A stretch of DNA of 64,000 nucleotides from Dehalococcoidia bacterium (GTDB lineage Bacteria; Chloroflexota; Dehalococcoidia; UBA2979): positions 63,914 to 127,913 of the forward strand of contig JAWLHV010000006.1 in NCBI GenBank assembly GCA_041690175.1, given 5' to 3'. A program made the position numbers and the translations under genes. Below, piece after piece: positions 18,845-28,388 of this stretch; positions within the stretch are counted from its first letter, which is position 1, and each line of letters starts with the position of its first letter. A model generated the notes under the pieces. The model worked only from the letters and a program-made list of their open reading frames with translations. It ran no database searches and was not told where the DNA came from.

Positions 18845-20272
18845 ATGCCCCTCCGTTCGATTCCGCAGAAGTGGCGCACCCTGATCGCCGTGGGGTTCGG
18901 CACCTTCATGGCAACGATGGACTTCTCCATCGTGAACGTGGCGCTCCCCACCTTCTCGCGGGAGTTCAACCGTTCACCGGACACGGTGGTGTGGGCCACG
19001 CTGGGCTCCAGCCTGGTGGTCACGGGCCTGACGCTCACTGCGGGGCGCGCGGGCGACCTCTACGGGCGTAAGCGCATCTACCTGGCCGGCTGGATGGTGT
19101 TCACCGCGGGCGTCACGGGGGCGTCGTTCGCGCAGTCCCTGGAGCAGGTGATCGCGTGGCGCCTGTTCCAGGCCGTGGGCGTTTCGATGGCGATCGCGAA
19201 CGCCAACGCCATCGTCACGGACTCCTTCCCGGACAGCGAGCGCGGACGTGCGCTCGGCACGGTGACCTCCATCGTGGGAGCGGGCCTGATGTCCGGCCCG
19301 ATCATCGGCGGCTTCCTGCTGGGCGTCGCGGACTGGCGCGCGATCTTCTACGCGCGTATTCCCATTGGACTGCTGGCGATCACCATGGGCCTCCTGGAGA
19401 TCCGTGAACGCGAGGCAGACCGACCCACGGACCGGCGCATGGACATCCCTGGCGCGGTGCTGCTCTTCGCCACGCTGGCGGCCAGCATCACCGCGATCAA
19501 CCGCGGCCAGGCGTGGGGCTGGACGTCGCCGGTGATCCTGGGCCTGGGTGCGGCAGGCGTCCTCGCCTTCGTCTCGTTCCTGCGCGTGGAGTCGCGCTCA
19601 CCCAGCCCCGTGCTGGCGCTGCCGCTGTTCCGCATCCACGCCTTCGCGGTGTCCCTGGGCAGTCTCACGCTGAACTTCGTGGGCCAGTCCTCCGTGATCT
19701 TCCTGATGCCGTTCTACCTGCTGGAGGTGCGCGACTACTCGACCGTTCAGACGGGGCTGGTGCTGGCGATGGTGCCGCTGATGCTGCTGCTGTTCGCTCC
19801 GCTCAGCGGCTGGCTGTACGACCGCTCCGGCTGGCGACACCAGTCCACGCTGGGGCTCCTGCTGGTGAGCCTGGGGCTGCTCTCACTGTCCACGGTGCAG
19901 GCGGACACGCACATCGTGCTGGTGCTGGCGCGGCTGGCGCTGGTGGGCCTGGGGTCCGTGATCTTCAACCCCCCGAATACCAGCACGATCATGGGGAGCG
20001 TGCCACGCATCGCGCTGGGGACGGCCTCCGCGAGCGTGGCCACCTCGCGCAACATCGGGAACGCCGCGGGCCTTGCGGTGGCCAGCGCAGTGGTGGTGGC
20101 GGTGGCGGGTGGCGCCACCGGCGTGAGCGCGGCGGACCTGCCGGAAGCGGATCTGCTGCGCGGCATCCGCGCGGCCTTCCTGGCCGCGTCGCTGCTGTCG
20201 CTGCTGGCGGTGGTCGCCTCCGTCACGCGCCTGCCGTCGCGCCCGGCGGCCGTCGAGGCCGGCCGCCGCTGA
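18845..20272 (+). CDS. MFS transporter, DHA2 (EmrB/QacA) family
   Basis: FMATMDFSIVNVALP, GRAGDLYGRKR, ERGRALG, GPIIGG, WRAIFY; many TM segments. Confidence 0.88.
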   Translation: MPLRSIPQKWRTLIAVGFGTFMATMDFSIVNVALPTFSREFNRSPDTVVWATLGSSLVVTGLTLTAGRAGDLYGRKRIYLAGWMVFTAGVTGASFAQSLEQVIAWRLFQAVGVSMAIANANAIVTDSFPDSERGRALGTVTSIVGAGLMSGPIIGGFLLGVADWRAIFYARIPIGLLAITMGLLEIREREADRPTDRRMDIPGAVLLFATLAASITAINRGQAWGWTSPVILGLGAAGVLAFVSFLRVESRSPSPVLALPLFRIHAFAVSLGSLTLNFVGQSSVIFLMPFYLLEVRDYSTVQTGLVLAMVPLMLLLFAPLSGWLYDRSGWRHQSTLGLLLVSLGLLSLSTVQADTHIVLVLARLALVGLGSVIFNPPNTSTIMGSVPRIALGTASASVATSRNIGNAAGLAVASAVVVAVAGGATGVSAADLPEADLLRGIRAAFLAASLLSLLAVVASVTRLPSRPAAVEAGRR

Positions 20273-20291
20273 CGCCAGGAGGCACCAACCG

Positions 20292-20693
20292 CTAGGCGGC
20301 GCCCACCGTCTGAAGGGTGGACTGACAAGCCTCCGCGCAGGCGCGGCAGGCCTCCGCGCAGATCCGGCAGTGCTCGTGCATCTGGGCGTGACGTTCGCAC
20401 TCCTCCGCGCAGAGGCGGCAGGCCTCGATGCAGGCCTCCAGCAGCCGCCTGCGCAGCGCGGCGTCCGGCTGCGTCTGGCGCGTGAGCACGGCGGCGGTGG
20501 CCAGGCAGATGTCGGCGCAGTCCAGGTCCAGGGTGATGCACCGCCTCAGGTCGTTGACGTGCTCCTCGCCCAGGCAGGCGTCGGCGCAAGAGTTGCAGGC
20601 CTGCGCACAGGCGTAGAGGGCGTCGATTGCCTGCGCGAAGCCCTGTTGGGCGCTTCCCGCTGGGTGCGCCTGAAGCATCTGACTCGTCTGCAT
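20292..20693 (-). CDS. Four-helix-bundle copper storage protein (Csp3 / DUF326-like)
   Basis: 16 Cys in CxxxC/CxxC arrays, C-terminal HEHC, no signal peptide; AAGGAG RBS. Confidence 0.85.
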   Translation of the reverse strand: MQTSQMLQAHPAGSAQQGFAQAIDALYACAQACNSCADACLGEEHVNDLRRCITLDLDCADICLATAAVLTRQTQPDAALRRRLLEACIEACRLCAEECERHAQMHEHCRICAEACRACAEACQSTLQTVGAA

Positions 20694-20919
20694 GGTGGGA
20701 CTCCTTTCGATGGCCGGTATGGATCGGGGTAAGACAGTGGCAGCGGTGTGACCCCGGACGCTAGGCGTGGCGCTATCTCCGGATGCTCACCGTCTCGCGG
20801 AGGATGCTCGCAAGACTGTTGCGGGTGCGGTTCCGCCCACTCCTGTACCGCTGCTGTGCACGGGACGGCCTGTGGGATGGCATGCTCCATGAAGCTCCCA
20901 CCGTCCGAGAGGTCTCGCC

Positions 20920-21885
20920 GTGTCGCTCCGCCCCGCTCCTACCGCCTCCTCCGTGCCCCGCAGGCTCCCGTTGCTCGCGCTCCTCGGCATCGCGCTGGCA
21001 CTCGGTCCTGCGTGCGGTGGCGGTGGGGACGATGCGCCCACGCCCACGCCGACGGGCACGGCGGCGGTGGAGATCAACCCCACCAGCACGCCCGAGCCCA
21101 CGCCCACGGTGCGCTGGCCCAGGCAGGGGCGGGCCGTGGTGACCACGGACGACCTCAACGTACGGGTGGGGCCAGGCCCGGAGTACCTGGTGCTGGGGCG
21201 CCTGCAGCCGGACGACGAGGTGCCCGTGGCCGGCCGAGGGACCAACGGGCGCTGGCTGGCGCTGCCGGGAATCGGATGGGTGGCGTACGACCAGACGTGG
21301 CTGCGGCTGGACGTGGAACTGGAGAGCCTGCCCCTGATCTCAGTGGAGGAGGCGGGCTACGAGTTCGTCGGCCCGCTGCACCCGCTGGACGTGACCGTGG
21401 ACGTCCCCGTGGTGGACGTGGTGGTCAACGCCGTGGTGCAGGGCAACCGCACCGCCCTTCGAAGCCTGGTGGCCGTCCCAGACGCCGAGGGCGGTGAGGA
21501 CGGCGAGGCGGCGGAGGCCAGCCCCCCAAGCCACGCCTGCCCGGCGGACATCTACCCAGCGTCCGAACTGCCGGAGCGCCTGGACGAGTTCCTCACCAGC
21601 AGTGCCGGTGCGGAGGGCCCGCTTCACCTCTACGCCGTCATCGGCGCTCCCGGCGAGGAGGGCGAGGGCGACGATGAAGGGCGCGACCCGGAGTTCTCGA
21701 TCGTCTTCGCGTTCGAGGGCGGCGAGGGCCGGCAGGTCTGGCTGGACTCGCGGGGCGCGGGGATCACGTGGTTCAACCTCGGCTGCGAGGGCGCGACGCC
21801 CGGCGACCTGCTGCGCCTGGACCGGGGCGAACTCTTCTTCTGGTACCGCCCGGTGGCCCCAGGGCCCCTCGACCCCGTGCAGTAG
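20920..21885 (+). CDS. Lipoprotein with a bacterial SH3 domain and an unassigned C-terminal domain
   Basis: Lipobox LGPAC, PT-rich linker, DDLNVRVGPGPEYLVLG...W...GWV (SH3b pattern). Confidence 0.7.
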   Translation: MSLRPAPTASSVPRRLPLLALLGIALALGPACGGGGDDAPTPTPTGTAAVEINPTSTPEPTPTVRWPRQGRAVVTTDDLNVRVGPGPEYLVLGRLQPDDEVPVAGRGTNGRWLALPGIGWVAYDQTWLRLDVELESLPLISVEEAGYEFVGPLHPLDVTVDVPVVDVVVNAVVQGNRTALRSLVAVPDAEGGEDGEAAEASPPSHACPADIYPASELPERLDEFLTSSAGAEGPLHLYAVIGAPGEEGEGDDEGRDPEFSIVFAFEGGEGRQVWLDSRGAGITWFNLGCEGATPGDLLRLDRGELFFWYRPVAPGPLDPVQ

Positions 21886-21891
21886 GCGTCC

Positions 21892-24450
21892 TCACTCGGG
21901 GAGCAGGAGCGCCACCGGGAAGGCTCCCAGCATCTCCTGCACAGGCGTGCGCCCACCGGCGAGCGCCGCCCCCGTGAACGCGTCCCGCCACGGGCCCGGC
22001 GGCAGCCCGACCGTGGTGTCACCCCACCTCGGCGCCCAGAACGCGCCCCCGCGCTGGAGGGCGCCCGAGAGCCGCGGCACCGCGAGCACCGTTGCCCCCT
22101 CCGATGACGTGCGGGCGAACGCGATCACGCGCTTCGCCTCGTCGCCGCGCACCGGCAGCCGGTCGAACCGCGCGCCCACGAACAGGCGAGGCCGCTCGCG
22201 CCGCACGCGCAGGCCGCGCGCCAGCACGTAGGCCTTCACCGCGCCGCTCGGCCAGTCCTCCAGGAGCCCCGGGAAGACCGAGGCGCGAGCGTCGTGGTCG
22301 CCGTCGAGGGCAGGGCCAAGTCGTTCCAACAGCGCGGCGCGTGCCCGGAAGTCCACAGGGCGGCGATTGTCCGGATCCACCAGGCTCAGGTCCCAGAGTT
22401 CGCACCCCTGGTATGTGTCTGTCACCCCCGGGGCCGCCACCTTCAGTGCCACCTGCGCCAGCGAGTTCACCGCACCCAGCGGAGCGAGGCGTCGCGCGAA
22501 CGCCTCGAGGGCGGCTCGCGGCGACGAGTCCTCCGCCAGCACAGGGCCGGCCAGCGTGGCAACGGCGCCCTCGTACGTCTCGTCGCCGTCCACCCAGTCC
22601 GTCCGCTCGGCGGCCTCCCGCAGCGCCTTCTGCATGTACGCCACGATGCGCTCGGTGTAGGAGGAGCCACCGCCCTCGAGGGCCTCGGTCATGCCCGCGG
22701 GCAACGTGGCGACGACCGTCTGGAGCAGGAGGTAGACGTCCGCCGGATGCACGCGCGCGGGGAGTGCTTGCTGGAGCGGCTCCACGTCCGCCATCACCTC
22801 CCGGACGAGCGAGGCCCACCCGTCCGGGATTTCCGTGAGCGCCGCTAGGCGCATGCGCACGTCCTCGCCCCGCTTGTGGTCGTGCGTGGCGGTGGCGAGC
22901 ATCCGACGCGGCCATCGGGCGGCGTCGCGGGCGAGCCGGTCGAGGAACGCGCTCGCTGGTTCGCCGAAGAGCGACGGATCGCCGCCCACCTCGTTCAGCG
23001 CGAGCAGACGGCGGTAACGGTAGAAGGCGCGGTCCTCCAGCCCCTTCGCCTGCACGGCCGGCATGACCTGCTGCAGACGCATCACCGCCTCGCGCACCGG
23101 TCCCTCTGGAGGCGCTGAGAGCAGCCTCGCGGTGTGGGCGAGGGCGTCCCGGTCGACGCCCTCCGCACCCCCCGCACGCTCGTGCGCGCGGCGCACCGTC
23201 TCGGGTGCCGCGTGATCCAGGTCGCGGGCGGCGTGGTAGGTGCGGTAGCGGTCGAAGGAGGCGAGCAGCCGCAGGAGGGCGTCCGTGAACGCGTCGGGGG
23301 TGACGTCTCCCATGCCACCGGGGTCGTCTGCGGCCGCGGTGAAGAGGGCGGCCGCCAGGCGCTCGAGGTGTCCGCGCAGCGGTCCCTCCACCACGTCCGC
23401 GCGGCAGGCCTCCTCGATGGCCGGCCACGACTGTGGTTCGCCGCAGACCTCGTCGTACAGGGCCGTGAAGGTTCGCTCTGCCTCCGGCGCCACCAGTGCC
23501 CGGGTGGCCGCCGTCATAAACTCGTAGCCGGTGGTGCCGTGGCCCGGCCAGTTCTCGCGTAGTGGCTCGTCCGGAGCCAGGATCTTCTCCACGACGACGT
23601 ACCCCTCGGGTGCCCCGTTCTCGGCCAGCCTGCGCGTGAGCCGGGCGAGATAGCCGGGCGGGTCGAGCAGCCCGTCCGGATGGTCGATGCGGACCCCGTC
23701 CACCGCGCCGCTTCGCACGAGGTCGAGCACCAGTCCGTGCGAGAGGTCAAAGGTCTCGCCGCGCTCGGCGCGGATGCCGATCAGCGTGTCGATGGCGAAG
23801 AATCGCCGGTAGTTCAGCCACCGCTGGCCAGTGCGCCAGAACTCCAGCGAGTAATGTTGCCGGTCCAGCAGCGCCCGCACCGACGAGGCCGATCCGCCAC
23901 CATCACGCCAGCCCTCCAGCGTCTCCGGAGCGAGGGGGAAGCGGGCGTCGAAGTAGCGGACGTGCGCCTCCTCGGGCGGCTCGGGCACCACCTCGATCTC
24001 CCCGCGCGCGAGCACGGCATCCAGGCCGTCGCCGAGGAACGGCAGCACCACGCGGCCGTCCGCGGCGTCCCAGTCGATGTCGAACATCGACGCGTGGGGG
24101 GAGCCGGGGCCGTGGCGCAGCACGTCCTCCCAGTAGGCATTTCCGGTGCCCGGCGCGATCCCCATGTGGTTCGGGACGATGTCCAGCACCTGTCCGAGCC
24201 CATGCTCGTGTTGCGCCTCCACCAGCGCGCGGTAGCCCTCCTCGCCACCGAGTTCGGGGTTCAGGCGCGTGGGATCGATGACGTCATAGCCATGGGTGCT
24301 GCCCGGCACTGCCGTGGTGATGGGCGAGAGGTAGAGGTGTGTGACTCCGAGGGCGGCCAGGTAGGGGACTGCGCGCGCGGCGTCCTGCAACGTGAAGCCC
24401 GCGTGCATCTGCAGGCGGTACGTGTTCACCACTTCCGGCCGCCGCGCCAC
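21892..24450 (-). CDS. treY: Malto-oligosyltrehalose synthase
   Basis: TYRLQ, GSTHGYDVID, DIVPNHMG, NYRRFFAI, GVRIDHPDGL, VVEKIL, YQGCELWDLSLVDPDNRRPVD. Confidence 0.93.
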   Translation of the reverse strand: MARRPEVVNTYRLQMHAGFTLQDAARAVPYLAALGVTHLYLSPITTAVPGSTHGYDVIDPTRLNPELGGEEGYRALVEAQHEHGLGQVLDIVPNHMGIAPGTGNAYWEDVLRHGPGSPHASMFDIDWDAADGRVVLPFLGDGLDAVLARGEIEVVPEPPEEAHVRYFDARFPLAPETLEGWRDGGGSASSVRALLDRQHYSLEFWRTGQRWLNYRRFFAIDTLIGIRAERGETFDLSHGLVLDLVRSGAVDGVRIDHPDGLLDPPGYLARLTRRLAENGAPEGYVVVEKILAPDEPLRENWPGHGTTGYEFMTAATRALVAPEAERTFTALYDEVCGEPQSWPAIEEACRADVVEGPLRGHLERLAAALFTAAADDPGGMGDVTPDAFTDALLRLLASFDRYRTYHAARDLDHAAPETVRRAHERAGGAEGVDRDALAHTARLLSAPPEGPVREAVMRLQQVMPAVQAKGLEDRAFYRYRRLLALNEVGGDPSLFGEPASAFLDRLARDAARWPRRMLATATHDHKRGEDVRMRLAALTEIPDGWASLVREVMADVEPLQQALPARVHPADVYLLLQTVVATLPAGMTEALEGGGSSYTERIVAYMQKALREAAERTDWVDGDETYEGAVATLAGPVLAEDSSPRAALEAFARRLAPLGAVNSLAQVALKVAAPGVTDTYQGCELWDLSLVDPDNRRPVDFRARAALLERLGPALDGDHDARASVFPGLLEDWPSGAVKAYVLARGLRVRRERPRLFVGARFDRLPVRGDEAKRVIAFARTSSEGATVLAVPRLSGALQRGGAFWAPRWGDTTVGLPPGPWRDAFTGAALAGGRTPVQEMLGAFPVALLLPE

Positions 24451-24452
24451 CG

Positions 24453-26333
24453 TTACGGCTCCGGTTCCGCGCGGAAGATCGTCGCACCGGGCCGGCGGAA
24501 GTGCAGCCACAGGGCGCCGCCTACCGTGTCCACCTCGACCGGCAGCGGGTCCAGCACGAACTCCGGCGCCTCCGTGGTCAGCACCGGCTGCCACGAAGTG
24601 CCCTCCGGCGGTTCCATCAGGACCAGGGCGCCCTCGCCGGTGGGACCGGCACCCCGGAGGCGGGCGACCAGCAGCAGGGGCGGCGCGCCGGGGCGCTCGC
24701 GCCGCACGGCCACGCCGAAGCTGTCCGTCTCCGCCGCCCGCTGCCGCGCGCCCTCGCCCCAGCCCAGGGCAGGCTCGGTGTGGCGCAGGGCCAGCAGCGC
24801 CTGGTGCAGACGTAGCGTGGACGCGTAGGGCTCCCGCTCCGGCTCATCCCAGGACAGGCGGCTGCGCTCGAAGGTGGCCAGGGCCTGCGGATCGGGGATG
24901 CGCTTCCGCAGGACGGGATCACGGAAGAGGCTCCAGTCCCGGAACTCGTTGCGGCGGCCCTCCCGCACCAGGCGGCCGAGTTCCTCGTGGTGGTCCGTGA
25001 AGTAGAGGAAGGGCGTGCTGGCGCCCCATTCGTCGCCCATGAAGAGGGCGGGCGTGGCCGCCTCGAAGAGCAGGAGTGCGGTGGCGGCGCGGTAGGACGC
25101 GGCTGAGGTCTCGTGGAAGAGACGGTCGCCGAAGGCGCGGTTGCCCACCTGGTCGTGGTTCTGGAGGGCGTGCAGGAAGCGCGGCAGCGGGACGCCGGTG
25201 GTGGGCTCGCCCCGGCTGATGCCGTGGTAGGCGGAGAACTGCCCGGTGTAGAGCCAGCCGTCGCGCAGGATGCGCACCAGGTCCGTGGTGCTGCCTCGAT
25301 AGTCCGCGAGGTAGCCACCCTCCAGGTTGCCGGCCAGCAGCACGTGCATCTCATGGTGGAAGTCGTCCGCGTAGGAGACGTCGAACCCGTAGCCCCCCTC
25401 GCTCCGAGGGCGCACCACCATCGAGAGGTTGCGGTGTTCCTCCGCGATGAGCAGCGGTGGTGGGCGTCCAGCGGGACGCTGCTCGTCCAGGCGCTCCCGG
25501 TACTCCGCCAGGAAGTGCGTGGGGCTCTCATCGATGAGCGTGTGCACGGCGTCCAGGCGGAAGCCGTCCACGTGGTACTCGTGCATCCAGTGCAGGGCGC
25601 TCTCGATGAAGAACGACCGCACCTCCGCGCTGTGGGGAGCGTCCAGGTTGATGGCAGCGCCCCAGGGCGTGTGGTGGCGCTCCGTGAAGTAGGCGGGGCT
25701 GAAGCGGGAGTGGTAGGCACCGTCCGGGCCGAAGTGGTTGTAGACCACGTCCAACACCACGCCGATGCCCAGCGCGTGCGCGCGGTCCACGAACGCACGC
25801 AGGTCCTCTGGCCGGCCATTCGCGCGCGAGGGGGCGAAGAGCGCGACGCCGTCGTACCCCCAGTTGTGGTCGCCGGGGAAGTCTGCCACCGGCATCACCT
25901 GCACCGCGTCCACCCCGAGCCGGGCCAGGTGTTCCAGTCGTTCCGCCGCCGCGGCGAACGTGCCCTCCGGCGTGAATGCGCCGATGTGCATCTCGTAGAG
26001 GACGGTCGCGTCCGGATCGAGCGCGCCCCAGCCCTCGTCCGTCCACGGGTAGGCGGGGTCGATGACCTCCGAGGGACCGTGCACGCCCTCCGGCTGGTGG
26101 CGCGAGGCGGGGTCCGGGAACGGGCCCTCGCCGTCCAGGCGGTAGCGGTAGCGGCCGCCGGCGCCCAGGCCGGGGACGTGCCCGGTGTGGTAGCCGCGCC
26201 CGTCCGGCTCCAGGCGGTGCAACTCGCCGCCCTCTATCACCACCAGCACCTCGCGCGTCTCGGGCGCCCACACCCGGAAGCGCACGCCGCCCTCCGCCAG
26301 CCACGCACCGAGCGAGGGCGCCCAGGCGGTCAC
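24453..26333 (-). CDS. treZ: Malto-oligosyltrehalose trehalohydrolase
   Basis: FRVWAP, PDPASRHQPEGVHGPS, NWGYDGV, DVVYNHFGPDG, GFRLDAVH, QNHDQVGNR; start GTG 26333 overlaps the GH57 stop. Confidence 0.93.
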   Translation of the reverse strand: MTAWAPSLGAWLAEGGVRFRVWAPETREVLVVIEGGELHRLEPDGRGYHTGHVPGLGAGGRYRYRLDGEGPFPDPASRHQPEGVHGPSEVIDPAYPWTDEGWGALDPDATVLYEMHIGAFTPEGTFAAAAERLEHLARLGVDAVQVMPVADFPGDHNWGYDGVALFAPSRANGRPEDLRAFVDRAHALGIGVVLDVVYNHFGPDGAYHSRFSPAYFTERHHTPWGAAINLDAPHSAEVRSFFIESALHWMHEYHVDGFRLDAVHTLIDESPTHFLAEYRERLDEQRPAGRPPPLLIAEEHRNLSMVVRPRSEGGYGFDVSYADDFHHEMHVLLAGNLEGGYLADYRGSTTDLVRILRDGWLYTGQFSAYHGISRGEPTTGVPLPRFLHALQNHDQVGNRAFGDRLFHETSAASYRAATALLLFEAATPALFMGDEWGASTPFLYFTDHHEELGRLVREGRRNEFRDWSLFRDPVLRKRIPDPQALATFERSRLSWDEPEREPYASTLRLHQALLALRHTEPALGWGEGARQRAAETDSFGVAVRRERPGAPPLLLVARLRGAGPTGEGALVLMEPPEGTSWQPVLTTEAPEFVLDPLPVEVDTVGGALWLHFRRPGATIFRAEPEP

Positions 26334-28360
26334 GGTCCGCCGCCCGCGACCCGCAGGGCGATGCGCGCCTCGAAGACCTCGCCGGGCCGGAGGTCGAGCG
26401 GCCACGAGAGCAGGAGCGCGAGTTGCTGGGGCGTCTCCTCCCGCAGCCCCTCCGCCTCCGAGACGGTGGCGATGGGGCGGATGTCCAGCGCGGCCGGGGG
26501 CGACACGCTCCAGCCGAGGGCGGTGGGCACCTCCTCCATCCGGAGCGTGGCTCGCTCCACCTCGGCGAATGCGCCGCCGCGAGGAAGCGAGAGCGACTCC
26601 TCGCCGCTCGTGAGCGTCCCGTGCGGGTGCTCGGTGAACAGGAGGCCGAGGTTGCATTCCACGGCGAAGCGCGCCCGCAGAGGGCCGCTCTGGGCGGCCA
26701 CGCGGTAGTGCGCCTCCAGGGTCTGCCCGCGCCCGGTGAGCCGGATGCGCTTGCGGACGGCGGCCGCCGCCCGGCCCCCGGCGGCCGCGGTGCGTTCCAG
26801 CGTGACCTCGGCGGCCCCGCGGCGCTTCGTGGGCTGCATCTCGTACGGGCTCCCGGCGAAGTCGCCGCGGTCGCGGACGGCGGAGCGGGGACCCGGCGGG
26901 TTGCCGGCCGCGAGAAAGCGGTCCACGAACACGCCCCGCCGCGCCTGCTCGAACCGGTACGGGGGCGCTGCGGGGTCGTGGTAGCCCTCCTCGCGCCGGG
27001 CCAGCGTGTCCACGAGGTTGACGGCGCCTCGGCGGTCGGTGACCTCCACCACCTGTCCTTCGCCGGGGTGGACGACGACGGTGAGGGCGGCGGACTGGAG
27101 GACGGCCTCGTCGAGACCGTCCGCATCCAGATCGAAGACGCGCAGGGGGACGTCCTCCAGCGTGCGCTCCGCCAGCGCCAGGTGGTGCCACAGGCGCTGG
27201 CGGATGTGCGGCAGGTAGACGCCGCCGAATAGGCCGTGCCAGTAGGCGCAGTTCGCCTGCGCGCGCCACAGGTCCAGTTGCGCCTCCGGCAGCGCGGATG
27301 GCTCCCACGCGGCGAGGTCGCCGCGGTCCGCCCGGTCCAGGGCGGGGTAGCGCTCGCGCAGCCGCGCGCTGACGTCCGCCACCCGCTTCTGCAGGTGGTT
27401 GGCCTCCGGGTACTTCGCCAGGAACTGCAGGTAGTTGCCGGCGCGCAGGAAGCGCCCGGCGCGCTCGGTCAGCCCCGCCTCCTCGATGGCTGCGCGGGCC
27501 TCGCGGAACTGGCGCTGGGCGGCGGCGGGGAGCGACCACTCCAGCATCTCCGGGTAGGAGCCGTCCGGCAGGTAGACGCGACCACCGGGCTCGGTCGCTC
27601 GTGCGGCCTCGCCCACCGGCGCGACCTCCACGTCCGGCAGGTCCAGGACGGCGTTCAGGAACTGCGCGAGCCAGCCGGACTCGATCACGCCCTCGTACGT
27701 GCCGGGCCACATCCCGAACTTCTCGATGTCGTCCGCGTAGACCAGCAGGCGGCGCCCGGCGGCGGCGTGGTCGCGGATGCGGCCCACGGCCACGTCCACG
27801 GGCTCCCACGGCACGAGCATCCTCAGGTCCTCCGCCACCGGCACGGCCAGCAGCGGCTTGCCCTCCGCCTCCGTGACCCACGGCCGGTCGAGGTCCTCCG
27901 CGACGAGCCCGGCCGTGAGGAAGTGTCGGTCGTCCAGCGTCACCACCTCGATCCCTGCGTCCGCCAGGTCCGCGGCAATGGGCTGCTGCCACACGCGCTC
28001 GGTGAGCCAGCCCGTGGTTGCATCTCCGCCGAGCAGGTCGCGGAGGTAGGCGCGGTGGGTGAGCACCTGCGGTGTCCGGTCTCGCGAGGGGAGGAGTGCC
28101 AGGACGGGCTCGTACATGCCCGCGGCCACCAGTTCCACCTGCCCGCGCTCCACCAGCCGCCGCAGTTGCGCGACGTGGTCAGGCGCGTGCGCCTCCAGCC
28201 ACTCCAGCAGCGACCCGGAGTAGTGGAGCGAGAGCCGGAGGCGCGGGCGAGCGTCCACCAGTTCCAGCACCGGCGCGTAGCAGGTGTCCAGGGCGCGCCG
28301 GAAGACGGAGTCGAAGTTGCCGGGAGGCTGGTGCGCGTGCAGGACAAGGCTCAAGCGCAT
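26330..28360 (-). CDS. GH57 alpha-amylase / 4-alpha-glucanotransferase with a DUF1926-like C-terminal domain
   Basis: HAHQP, WLTERVW (nucleophile Glu), DDIEKFG (acid/base Asp), AQANCAYWHGLFGGVYLPHIR. Confidence 0.88.
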   Translation of the reverse strand: MRLSLVLHAHQPPGNFDSVFRRALDTCYAPVLELVDARPRLRLSLHYSGSLLEWLEAHAPDHVAQLRRLVERGQVELVAAGMYEPVLALLPSRDRTPQVLTHRAYLRDLLGGDATTGWLTERVWQQPIAADLADAGIEVVTLDDRHFLTAGLVAEDLDRPWVTEAEGKPLLAVPVAEDLRMLVPWEPVDVAVGRIRDHAAAGRRLLVYADDIEKFGMWPGTYEGVIESGWLAQFLNAVLDLPDVEVAPVGEAARATEPGGRVYLPDGSYPEMLEWSLPAAAQRQFREARAAIEEAGLTERAGRFLRAGNYLQFLAKYPEANHLQKRVADVSARLRERYPALDRADRGDLAAWEPSALPEAQLDLWRAQANCAYWHGLFGGVYLPHIRQRLWHHLALAERTLEDVPLRVFDLDADGLDEAVLQSAALTVVVHPGEGQVVEVTDRRGAVNLVDTLARREEGYHDPAAPPYRFEQARRGVFVDRFLAAGNPPGPRSAVRDRGDFAGSPYEMQPTKRRGAAEVTLERTAAAGGRAAAAVRKRIRLTGRGQTLEAHYRVAAQSGPLRARFAVECNLGLLFTEHPHGTLTSGEESLSLPRGGAFAEVERATLRMEEVPTALGWSVSPPAALDIRPIATVSEAEGLREETPQQLALLLSWPLDLRPGEVFEARIALRVAGGGP

Positions 28361-28388
28361 CACGGGGAGCGCCTCCGGGCCGCTCGGG

